Below, in pieces: positions 28,592 to 37,011 of a stretch of 64,000 nt of DNA. Origin of the DNA: Phycisphaerae bacterium (lineage in GTDB: Bacteria; Planctomycetota; Phycisphaerae; UBA1845; PWPN01); contig DAOOIV010000003.1 of the NCBI GenBank assembly GCA_035384605.1, positions 31,159-95,158 of the forward strand, in the 5' to 3' direction. The position numbers were made by a program, and so were the translations under genes. How positions within the stretch are numbered: the first letter of the stretch is position 1; each line of letters begins with the position of its first letter. The notes beneath the pieces are model-generated. The model saw only the letters and a list, made by a program, of their open reading frames with translations. It ran no database searches and was not told where the DNA came from.

Positions 28592-28966
28592 ATGAAACGT
28601 CGATTACCGTTGGTTCTCGTGGTCGCCTTGTTTCCCGCCGCCTGTTGTGCCCCCTGCGGAGAACGCGAAATCCAGCAAGGCTTGGCCCGTCGATGCAGCA
28701 ACCTGCGCAAGACCACCGGATGGCTGATCGAGGCCGAACAGCGTCGGCCGGCTCAACTGGAGCACACCTGCCGCATCATCCAGGAACAATGCCGGCACGA
28801 CGCGCGGAAGACCTGTGTCGACAACCCGGCCACCGCCGGTCAATGGACCGAGGAAGAATTTGCCCGCTGGCAGAAGCGGGCCCCCATCTACCTCCAGCGA
28901 ACCATCGAGGAACTCTGCGGCGATCCGGAAAACATCTGTCGCACCCTGCCCATGATCGTGAACTGA
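28592..28966 (+). CDS. small Cys-rich lipoprotein-like hypothetical protein (124 aa)
   Basis: GGAG 6 nt upstream of the ATG. MKRRLPLVLVVALFPAACC signal. No recognised domain. Confidence 0.55.
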   Translation: MKRRLPLVLVVALFPAACCAPCGEREIQQGLARRCSNLRKTTGWLIEAEQRRPAQLEHTCRIIQEQCRHDARKTCVDNPATAGQWTEEEFARWQKRAPIYLQRTIEELCGDPENICRTLPMIVN

Positions 28967-29110
28967 CCTCCCACGGACCATTACCGGTTCGGTAATGAGC
29001 CGTGCGCGACGCGCGACGCTTCCCCCGGAACCCTCTCTTTCTTCCCGTCTTGGCTGGTACTGCCTTGGTGACGCGGCAAAAACTTGGCATCAGGCTGTTG
29101 CTGGTGTAGC

Positions 29111-29878
29111 ATGGAGGTTGATAGCTTGGTGTTGGGATTGTTACGGATCGCCCCTCGGAAAGTTGAGGACACCGTGGCCCACCAGACCTTCCTGCCGACG
29201 CGGCCTATTGGCACCCGGTTCGGCCGGTGGATCGGGGCCGCACTGTTGCTGCACTTCGCGTACGTGGTCGGGCTTATCAATTTGGTCAGACAGTCACCAG
29301 GAGAGGTCTTGTGGCTTTGCCACATCAGCCTCCTTCTCGCAGGCCTCGGGCTGGTCACACAGTCCGTCCGCCTGGTGGCAATAGCCTGTACCGCCGTTGC
29401 CCTGCCGCATACGTTCTGGCTCATAGACAGCCTCTCCGGGCTGCTGCTCGGTTGGTTTCCACTGGGAGCTACGGCCTACATTCTGACCACCGACACTTGG
29501 ACTCGAATCGCGACCGCCCATCATTTCTACCTCGCTCCGCTGTTGTTGGTGATCGTCTGGCGGCACGGTTCGTTCTCCCGGCTGGCGCTGCCGGCGGCTT
29601 CGCTTCTCTTCCTGCTGCTCAGCGTTACCTGCCGGGTAGCCGTATCGCCGGCGCTCAACGTGAATTACGCCTTCTTTGCGGTCCCGGCAGCCGACCATCC
29701 GTTCGTCACTTGGGTCAACAGCCTCGATGCGATTCCTTATCTGTTGTTGATCAACGCAATCGTGACAGGTGTGATGTTCGCGCCCGTTGCGCTGCTGATG
29801 ACCTGCCACGCTCAGAAGACAACACATGCGCAGAACAACCGGTCCGTCGCGCTCCCGGCTCTTCAAGCCCCCCAATGA
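29111..29878 (+). CDS. polytopic membrane protein of unknown function
   Basis: At least six hydrophobic segments (e.g. WIGAALLLHFAYVVGLINLV, ISLLLAGLGLV, FYLAPLLLVIVW). Start uncertain (TTG 29084 or ATG 29111). Confidence 0.6.
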   Translation: MEVDSLVLGLLRIAPRKVEDTVAHQTFLPTRPIGTRFGRWIGAALLLHFAYVVGLINLVRQSPGEVLWLCHISLLLAGLGLVTQSVRLVAIACTAVALPHTFWLIDSLSGLLLGWFPLGATAYILTTDTWTRIATAHHFYLAPLLLVIVWRHGSFSRLALPAASLLFLLLSVTCRVAVSPALNVNYAFFAVPAADHPFVTWVNSLDAIPYLLLINAIVTGVMFAPVALLMTCHAQKTTHAQNNRSVALPALQAPQ

Positions 29879-30079
29879 TTCAGGTTCAGGTCGGTCCCCA
29901 AAGCCGCAGCCGAGACAGACCGGGTCAACAGGCCGCACCCACCCGGCCGGCCCCTTGCCCCCTTTGCACAACGAATGAGACGCCGCAATTGCACACCTTT
30001 CGGCTTGCGGATGTATAATGATCACCGGTCGGCGCCTTGAGACGACCGGCAAATGCGGCAAGAGACCGGGGAGCAAATC

Positions 30080-30370
30080 ATGATCCAATGCAGCGAGTGC
30101 GAATTCTTCGTCCGGGGCCCGGCAGGCCAAGTCGGCTTCAAATGCGACCCGTTCAGCACCATCAAAGAACCCGAATGCCTCGTCAAATGGCAGTTGATCA
30201 AGCTCGACATGATGGTCCAGTCATATCAGGCAACGGTCGCCATGTATCGTCGACTGGCTCCGCTTCAGGAAAAAATGTTCCGGCATATGGAACGAGAGAT
30301 CAACGAGATCGACGAGGCTGATCGATGGAAGATAGACCAGGACGAGGACGAAGAGAACGAGAACGCCTGA
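30080..30370 (+). CDS. small Cys4 protein with acidic tail, unknown function
   Basis: GGGGAG 6 nt upstream of ATG 30080. MIQCSECEFF...FKCD...PECL. C-terminal DQDEDEENENA. Confidence 0.55.
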   Translation: MIQCSECEFFVRGPAGQVGFKCDPFSTIKEPECLVKWQLIKLDMMVQSYQATVAMYRRLAPLQEKMFRHMEREINEIDEADRWKIDQDEDEENENA

Positions 30371-30833
30371 AGGCGGTCAGCCGCGAGGAGTGCCGCCGCT
30401 TCTGTCTCGGGCCCGTGCAGGTTGCTCAGTTTTCGTCACAGGTTGCATCGGACAATACCAGACCCAAACGTGGCGTCTGACCGCCCGATGAACCGCCAAC
30501 CCGGCTCTCCACCGCATCTTGGCCGAAATCGCCCATATCAGCACTGGCGATCGACGCCTTGATAAGCGCGGGCATTCAATCTGTCGCCTCCGGCGGCCGG
30601 TCCGTATAACTGAGCCTCGGCGTGCGGACTCAACGCCTCCAGGCGGCAAGCCGTCACGCAGGAACACGGCGTCGCTTGACAGCCCGGACAAAGCCACCGT
30701 CATTATGATGGGCTCTCAGGGCTTTTCCGATACAGCATTTACGGATCGCCAGGCAATCACTCCACCGGCCCTGCGACACGCCCCGCCAGGATGCCGGCTT
30801 CAACCGGGCAGGTATGCGAGAGACGTAGACGTC

Positions 30834-32126
30834 ATGGCCCGACGCGCTCATGCCAACCGATCTGAACCAGTGACGCCTCATGGCGCCCGCCTGTGGCTCG
30901 CGGTATTGAACATCGCGGCACTGCTGATCGCTTTCCCGACGCCCACACCAGCCCAGTCGCGACCCACCCGCGCCGTCGCCGATCGCGACCGCGCCGTGGA
31001 TGATTCGTTTGAACATCTGTTTGAAGAGGTCGGGAAACTCCGCCTGAATACCGGACAGGAACTCCGCTGCGTCTTGGGCCGCTCAGCAGATGACGAGCTG
31101 GCCGTCCGGTCGGCGCTACGTCAGAAGTGCCAATCCTGGCATCCGTACCGCCACGCCCGCGGATTGCTCGAAGTCGATGCCTGGTTGCCGGTTTCGGCTC
31201 TCGACCGCACACTGGAAGACCTCATCCAAAACCGATTGAGAAACGCGAACGGCCCGCCCGACATGACCATCACCTGGGCCAAGTCGAATCCGCCCGCCGT
31301 CCTCGCCACCGGCCGATATCTGCCTTCGAGCAGCCTCGTGAACGAACAGCTCGGTTGGCGGCACTGCAGTCCCTGGCAAACGGCGCTAGCCCAAAAAGCC
31401 GCGGCCGCCGATGCACGCGCGGCCATGCTCGTTCGCATGGGGTACTGCAAACTGCCGGACGGCCGTGAGCTGGGATTCATCCTGCATCGCGAGAAGAAGC
31501 TCAAAGTCGCCGTAAACAGCCTGCTCAAAGAAGCGCCCGCTGGAGAGGCGGTATTTGACCCAACAGGTGTGTGCCGCGTCACGATGAAGCTCACGCAACC
31601 CGAACTGCTCAGGCTGTTGCAGGACGCCGGCCGTGCCGTCGATGGTTTCGAACGAAGCGAGCTTTTCAAGTCCGTCGATTTCCCTGCTACCGACAATCTG
31701 GAGGCGGAAGGGTATGCCGTCACCCCGCCTGTACCGAGCGCGTACAAGCCGCCGCTGAAGAAAGGAACCGAACCGCCGCGGCCCGACTGGGCCGACCGCT
31801 TCCTGGTGGTCCAAGGGGCCGGCAGGGCACCCTCGGACGCGACCAATGACACAGGCGCCACCGACTGGGCTGAGCGAGCAGCCCGCATCGAAGCCCATCG
31901 CCAACTCTGGATGCAGATCGAAGATCTGCCCCTCGATGACGGCGAAACCGTCGGCCTGCGAATGCAGAAAAACCCGGGGCTCGTGTTTGCCATGTCGGGT
32001 CTCGATCGATTCATTGCCGGTGCGAACCGACCGCTTCGCACCGATGATGGAGCGGTTACTGTCAACGTCGGTATCCATCTTCAAACCGTCTGGCGGATTG
32101 TGTCGACCATCGAACGAGCCCGGTGA
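30834..32126 (+). CDS. secreted hypothetical protein (430 aa)
   Basis: ATG 30834 gives a signal-like LWLAVLNIAALLIAFPTPTPAQS. Ordinary composition, unlike the two overlapping minus-strand ORFs. Confidence 0.6.
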   Translation: MARRAHANRSEPVTPHGARLWLAVLNIAALLIAFPTPTPAQSRPTRAVADRDRAVDDSFEHLFEEVGKLRLNTGQELRCVLGRSADDELAVRSALRQKCQSWHPYRHARGLLEVDAWLPVSALDRTLEDLIQNRLRNANGPPDMTITWAKSNPPAVLATGRYLPSSSLVNEQLGWRHCSPWQTALAQKAAAADARAAMLVRMGYCKLPDGRELGFILHREKKLKVAVNSLLKEAPAGEAVFDPTGVCRVTMKLTQPELLRLLQDAGRAVDGFERSELFKSVDFPATDNLEAEGYAVTPPVPSAYKPPLKKGTEPPRPDWADRFLVVQGAGRAPSDATNDTGATDWAERAARIEAHRQLWMQIEDLPLDDGETVGLRMQKNPGLVFAMSGLDRFIAGANRPLRTDDGAVTVNVGIHLQTVWRIVSTIERAR

Positions 32127-32229
32127 CGCACCGCCGACCTCTCGCAAACCGCCGGTTCTCGGCAGCCAGTGACCGAAACGACTTGCCTTCCGACGCACTT
32201 CGCCTGAGACTGTCCTGCGAATCGGAAGG

Positions 32230-32844
32230 ATGCGGCGGCATCCGGCGACTTCGAAACAGGAACTCGCGGGAGATCATCTGTTGGAATGGTTGTCCATATG
32301 GGGAATGGCCGTCGGCTTGGCGATGGACGCATTTGCCGTTTCCATCGCGGTCGGCTTGACCGTCGGCAAGGTCACGCCCCGGCACGTTTTTCGCATCGCT
32401 TGGCACTTCGGCCTCTTCCAATTCATGATGCCGGTCATCGGCTGGTGGGCCGGCTCCAGAGTCGCGGGCTATGTCGCCGATTGGGATCACTGGTTGGCCT
32501 GCGGACTGCTGTGCTTCATCGGCGGCAGAATGCTGTTCGGGGCATTCGAGAGGCAAGACCAGCGCACGCAGTCGGACCCGACGCGAGGTTGGCTCCTGGT
32601 CACCCTCTCCGTGGCAACCAGCATCGACGCTTTGGCCGTCGGCCTGAGCACCGCGTTCCTCAACGTCACCATCTGGCTGCCCTCGGTGATCATCGGGCTG
32701 GTCGCCTGCGCCTTCAGCGCCATCGGTATCACTTTTGCCAACAAGATCTTAGGAAGATACGGAAAAGCCGCCGAAGTCCTGGGCGGGCTCATGTTGATCC
32801 TGATCGGAGTCAGGATTTTCTTCCAGCATTCGGTGCGGTTGTGA
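32230..32844 (+). CDS. mntP: manganese efflux pump MntP family (DUF204 x2)
   Basis: GLAMDAFAVSIAVGL and VATSIDALAVGLS are the paired MntP signature helices. Size is typical. The start may instead be TTG 32281. Confidence 0.8.
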   Translation: MRRHPATSKQELAGDHLLEWLSIWGMAVGLAMDAFAVSIAVGLTVGKVTPRHVFRIAWHFGLFQFMMPVIGWWAGSRVAGYVADWDHWLACGLLCFIGGRMLFGAFERQDQRTQSDPTRGWLLVTLSVATSIDALAVGLSTAFLNVTIWLPSVIIGLVACAFSAIGITFANKILGRYGKAAEVLGGLMLILIGVRIFFQHSVRL

Positions 32845-32929
32845 CGGTGGAGCCGGCTGCCGGCGATCTCCGCCACGTGGTGACCCGCTATAATCAGCGC
32901 GTCCCGCTGCCACTGAGGGAGTTGCCTGA

Positions 32930-34012
32930 ATGGCCCGGTATGTGATTGCCCGCCGACTGTCGGTCGGCTTGATGAGTGCAACCCTTGCATTGACCGCCGG
33001 TTGTGGAGGATGGCCCCTCGGCTACATCCCCTCGGTAGTCATTGGTGAGTTGGCTTTCCTCGGTCGGCGGGTTCCTGTCGAGTGGGCCCTGAACGATCCG
33101 ACGCTCTCAGAGGAACAGAAAGACAAGCTCGCCTTCCTCCTGCGAGCAAGGGACTACTGCCGCGACGTGGTCGGACTCGAGGTGGGCAACAACTTCCAGA
33201 CCTTCGTCAACCTCCATGGCCAAGCGCTTGCCTGGAACCTGACCGCTTCGAGAAAAGACGCGATTACACCCTACTACTGGTACGTCCCCTTCGCCGGCCC
33301 TCTTCCCTACCTCGGCTTCTTTAATCTGGACAAAGCATTTTCTGAAAAAGACCGGCTGGTCGCCGCCGGATATGACACCTTCATGTATGAAGTGGACGCC
33401 TTTGCGATCCCTTTTCTGCCCGATCCGATGACCTCTCGGCTGCTCGAACGAAGCTACGGCACCTTGGCGGACACCGTAGCCCACGAATTGACGCATAACA
33501 CGGTCATGAGTATGAAGGACATCACCTTCAGCGAATCATTGGCCGTTTTTGTCGGTCGGACCGTGGCCGTCGAGTTCCTGGCGGTTGAGTTTGGACAGGA
33601 TTCGCCTCTGATCAGGGAAACCCTCGAGGCGTACGAGGACGACGACGTCTTCAGGTTGTTTCTGCGCGACCTGACCGAGGAGCTGAACGACCTTTACGGT
33701 AGCGACCTATCGTCTGAGCAGAAAATCGCGGCGCGAGTGGGCGTTTTCGAAGCCTGGCGCCGCCGCTTCGCGGAAGAAGCCCTTCCGCTGATGCATTTCC
33801 CCGAAGACTACCACGCCTACACCGAAAACCTGTTGAACAACGCTTTCCTGGTCGTCGACCGGCGATACTACAGCAACCAGCGGCTCTTCGAACAGGCGTT
33901 TGAGCTGGTTGGCCGCGATTGGTCACGGGCCCTTGACCTCTTCTCCGCCGCCGCCAACAGCGACAACCCGATGCAATACCTCGAAGACGTCGTGAACGGC
34001 GATAACCCATGA
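32930..34012 (+). CDS. lipoprotein, predicted zinc aminopeptidase (COG4324-like, HExxH)
   Basis: Lipobox LALTAGCGG. HELTHN zinc motif. The length and layout are as I recall for the predicted-aminopeptidase family. Confidence 0.6.
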   Translation: MARYVIARRLSVGLMSATLALTAGCGGWPLGYIPSVVIGELAFLGRRVPVEWALNDPTLSEEQKDKLAFLLRARDYCRDVVGLEVGNNFQTFVNLHGQALAWNLTASRKDAITPYYWYVPFAGPLPYLGFFNLDKAFSEKDRLVAAGYDTFMYEVDAFAIPFLPDPMTSRLLERSYGTLADTVAHELTHNTVMSMKDITFSESLAVFVGRTVAVEFLAVEFGQDSPLIRETLEAYEDDDVFRLFLRDLTEELNDLYGSDLSSEQKIAARVGVFEAWRRRFAEEALPLMHFPEDYHAYTENLLNNAFLVVDRRYYSNQRLFEQAFELVGRDWSRALDLFSAAANSDNPMQYLEDVVNGDNP

Positions 34013-34266
34013 GTTCCTTGCCCGCTCTGCCGCGCATGCCCTTTGCCGCTTCGCAACCTCAGGCACGGGCAGAAACAGACGGCAGCTCGACTGTTGCCCT
34101 GGCCGGCGGTGGGACACTACGATATTGTTGAAAACGGATGTCATCGATCGCGCGGGCAAGATGCGCGAAGGTACATGCGCGACCGTCAGCGAATGCGACG
34201 TCGGCCAATCCCGATGGGCTGACAATCCGCTCGCCGCGAAGAAAGCGGACCGCGAGGGAAGGATAC

Positions 34267-35115
34267 ATGCCGAAGGAAAGACTCCAGAAAGTGCTCGCGG
34301 CGGCGGGCCTGGCCTCGCGTAGAGAATGTGAACAGATCATCCTCGACGGCCGGGTGTCGGTTAACGCTCGCAAGGTTCATTCGTTACCTGTGCTCGTCGA
34401 TCCCGACGTCGACAAGATCGCCGTTGACGGTCGGCCGCTGCGGGCCCAGCGCAAGGTCTATTTCCTCCTGCACAAACCCAAAGGTGTGCATTGCACGAAC
34501 TACGACCCTGACGGACGGCCCCGGGCCGTCGATCTTCTCGGCGGCGTCCGCGAACGCGTTTTTCCGGTCGGAAGGCTGGATGCCGACACCACCGGCCTGT
34601 TATTGATGACCAACGACGGCGAACTGGCCCAGCGATTGACCCACCCTCGTCATGGCATACCCAAGACCTATCGTGCCCATGTCAACGGGCTGATCACCCG
34701 GGAACAGCTCGATGAGCTGCGAAAGGGTGTCTGGCTGGCGGAAGGCAAGACCCGCGTCTCGGAGGCAACCGTCATCCATGCCGCCCGAGACCAGAGCGTC
34801 GTCGAAATCACGCTGCGTGAGGGCCGAAACCGCGAGGTCCGCCGCGTTCTGGCCAAGATCGGCCACGCGGTCCGCAAACTCATCCGCATCCGGATCGGGC
34901 CGCTGTCGCTTCGCGGGCTGGGGCCCGGAGAATTCCGGCCTCTGACTTCTTCGGAAGTCAATCTTCTGAAGAACTACAAGCCCCATCCGGAACGTCGGGC
35001 GAAAACAACGCCGGCGGATACCGGCAACCATCAAATGACGCCGCGCAAGCACCACGGCCGGACGGGTCACCGAGGGCTGCAGCGGAAGATACCTCGGCGA
35101 CGATCGAGAGACTGA
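34267..35115 (+). CDS. rluB: RsuA/RluB-family pseudouridine synthase with S4 domain and basic tail
   Basis: MPKERLQKVLAAAGLASRRECEQIILDGRVSVN is the S4 domain. VGRLDADTTGLLLMTNDGELAQRLTHPRH is the catalytic Asp motif. Confidence 0.85.
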   Translation: MPKERLQKVLAAAGLASRRECEQIILDGRVSVNARKVHSLPVLVDPDVDKIAVDGRPLRAQRKVYFLLHKPKGVHCTNYDPDGRPRAVDLLGGVRERVFPVGRLDADTTGLLLMTNDGELAQRLTHPRHGIPKTYRAHVNGLITREQLDELRKGVWLAEGKTRVSEATVIHAARDQSVVEITLREGRNREVRRVLAKIGHAVRKLIRIRIGPLSLRGLGPGEFRPLTSSEVNLLKNYKPHPERRAKTTPADTGNHQMTPRKHHGRTGHRGLQRKIPRRRSRD

Positions 35116-35184
35116 TGTCTTTTCATGCAGGCACGAGGACTGAGGGAATCTGTCAACCACGAGGAGATCCGAGGAATTCAAAAC

Positions 35185-36450
35185 GTGAACGAGCAGATCA
35201 GCAGGCGCAAGCTATTGAAACACGGCGCGGCCGCAATCGCATCAGCGGCGCTTGTCTCAGGTTGCATGCAGCCGGTGGGCGTAACCCTGACCAACAATCA
35301 TCCGGCAGACGCACCAAGTGATCCTGATTCGCCCGACAAGGTGGTTCTCGGTCTGTTTCCGCGAGACGGCCAGTCGAGCCCGCAAATGGCGGTCCGCAAC
35401 GCCTGCCGCCAATTGGACTGGTCATGGCTGAGGCGCGGCGATTCCGTCTTCGTCAAGCTGTCATCGAACTCGGCGCATCCGCACCCGGCCGCCACCTCGC
35501 CGAACGCCGTGCGCGCGATCGTGACCGAACTGCTGGACCGCGGGGCCGGACGCGTGCTCGTCGGCGACCAGGGCGGGGTCGAATACGTTCGGCTGGTCGA
35601 TGGAGACAAGCGGCACGGCTCCACCGAGACCCTGATGCGAAAGAACGGCCTCCATGAAGCCATCGTCGATTCGGGTGCCAGGCCGTGCTTCTTCGATGAC
35701 TACGGCTACGAAACGGGATACTTCCAGGCCTCGCTGCCGTTCGACAACCCACACTGGCGGGAGCCACCATACGTGGCCAGGATCATCCGCGAGGTCGACC
35801 ACATCATCTACCTGCCGCGACTTGCGTCGCACGTCCTGGCCGGCTACACGCACGGTCACAAAATAGCGGTGGGCTGGCTTCGCGATGACAGCCGGTTCCA
35901 GATGCACTTCGAGGCCGGCAGCTTTCACGAGAAGTACGTCGAGGTCAACTACATCCCGGATATCCGCCAACGCCTGCGATTGGTCATCACCCTGGCCGAG
36001 CAGGTCCTTCTCAACGTCGGTCCCGATGTCGGCACGCTCGCCACACCCGATTCCTGGATCGTCATCGCCTCGTCGCACTTGGCCAACCACGACGCCGTGT
36101 CGGTCGCGGTATTGGCCTATGTCGACGGCAAGACGGCGAACGGAGTACATTTCATTCCTCCGGCCTACGGGACGTTGTCGAACACCGCCAACTGGACGTT
36201 CCTCTCGCAGATCGTGCCCGCCCAAACAGGCATCCCCTGGGGCAAGCCGCGGATGCTGACCTACCAGAAGCTCCGAACTCACCGCTACCAGACCGGCATT
36301 GCCTCCGATCTGGCCCTGACAAGGGCATATCAAATCCTCGGCGGCGTACCGAGAACCATCGCGGTCCACACCACTGGTCGGGCCCCGGATGCAGAGTTCC
36401 GATCATTCCTGAGGGCGTATTTGTCTGGAGTCGCCGGCCGTTCCGGATGA
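35185..36450 (+). CDS. DUF362-like protein with Tat signal/lipobox
   Basis: GTG 35185 lies 8 nt after GAGGA. SRRKLLKHGAAAIASAALVSGC. VFVKLSSNSAHPHPAATSPNAVRAIVTELL..GDQGG resembles the DUF362 core; this is from recall only. Confidence 0.6.
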   Translation: MNEQISRRKLLKHGAAAIASAALVSGCMQPVGVTLTNNHPADAPSDPDSPDKVVLGLFPRDGQSSPQMAVRNACRQLDWSWLRRGDSVFVKLSSNSAHPHPAATSPNAVRAIVTELLDRGAGRVLVGDQGGVEYVRLVDGDKRHGSTETLMRKNGLHEAIVDSGARPCFFDDYGYETGYFQASLPFDNPHWREPPYVARIIREVDHIIYLPRLASHVLAGYTHGHKIAVGWLRDDSRFQMHFEAGSFHEKYVEVNYIPDIRQRLRLVITLAEQVLLNVGPDVGTLATPDSWIVIASSHLANHDAVSVAVLAYVDGKTANGVHFIPPAYGTLSNTANWTFLSQIVPAQTGIPWGKPRMLTYQKLRTHRYQTGIASDLALTRAYQILGGVPRTIAVHTTGRAPDAEFRSFLRAYLSGVAGRSG

Positions 36451-36677
36451 GCGTTGGGAAACGGCGGCCGGGGCCTTTTGTACGATGATCTGCAGAGTCC
36501 CCGTGGAAACGGATCTGCGCGCCCGGGTCGGCGGTGCTCAGCTCCCCGACCGACCGCCCGCGCCTCACATACAACCACTCTCTCGAACGGAGGCGGAAAC
36601 GTCCGCATCAAAACCTTCCGTCGCAACTGGCGTACATTTTGCGTGCGTGTTTTGGTTATGGGCAAAGGCCGCTTGGG

Positions 36678-36770
36678 AACCTTGCAGCCCGATGTCTGTG
36701 CGGCTTGCGCGCATGTTTCTGGATCGCAGAGCGCTTGGGTTGCGGCCCGCAAAAAGGCGGTCCGCCTCAG
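36678..36770 (+). repeat. 93-nt conserved intergenic repeat, copy C
   Basis: Full-length alignment with copies A (reverse complement) and B. It lies in the 560-nt gap between the DUF362 gene and the convergent LamG gene. Confidence 0.85.
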
Positions 36771-37011
36771 GTGGCGGGAATCTCGTCGCGGCAACCGGCG
36801 TCCACGGTCAGCCGGACGACCGGGTTCCCTTTCTGGGTGATCGGAAAGGCTGCGGAACAGTTGGATGTCGCCTTCGCCACCGACCAAGGCGGCCTTTGGC
36901 CGAAACCGGAGCATTCACCCAGAACGTACACCTGTCACGACGACGGAAACCGAAGAGGTTAAGTCGCCTTGGCCGGGCCGCCTGCAAATCAGGCCGCTGC
37001 ACCGGGCGCCG

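Noticed and set aside
28335-28595. ORFs spanning the 93-nt repeat (28335..28595, 36454..36840, 5805..6149) as real proteins
   Set aside because: Only the 31 codons inside the repeat are shared. The flanking residues are unrelated and low-complexity. The weak period-3 substitution bias is reported as a finding rather than as a CDS call.
32100-32229. yybP-ykoY manganese riboswitch expected upstream of mntP
   Set aside because: I could not find the conserved GGGGAGUAG or the paired conserved loop sequences. Only a lone gagac is present. A cmscan would settle it.
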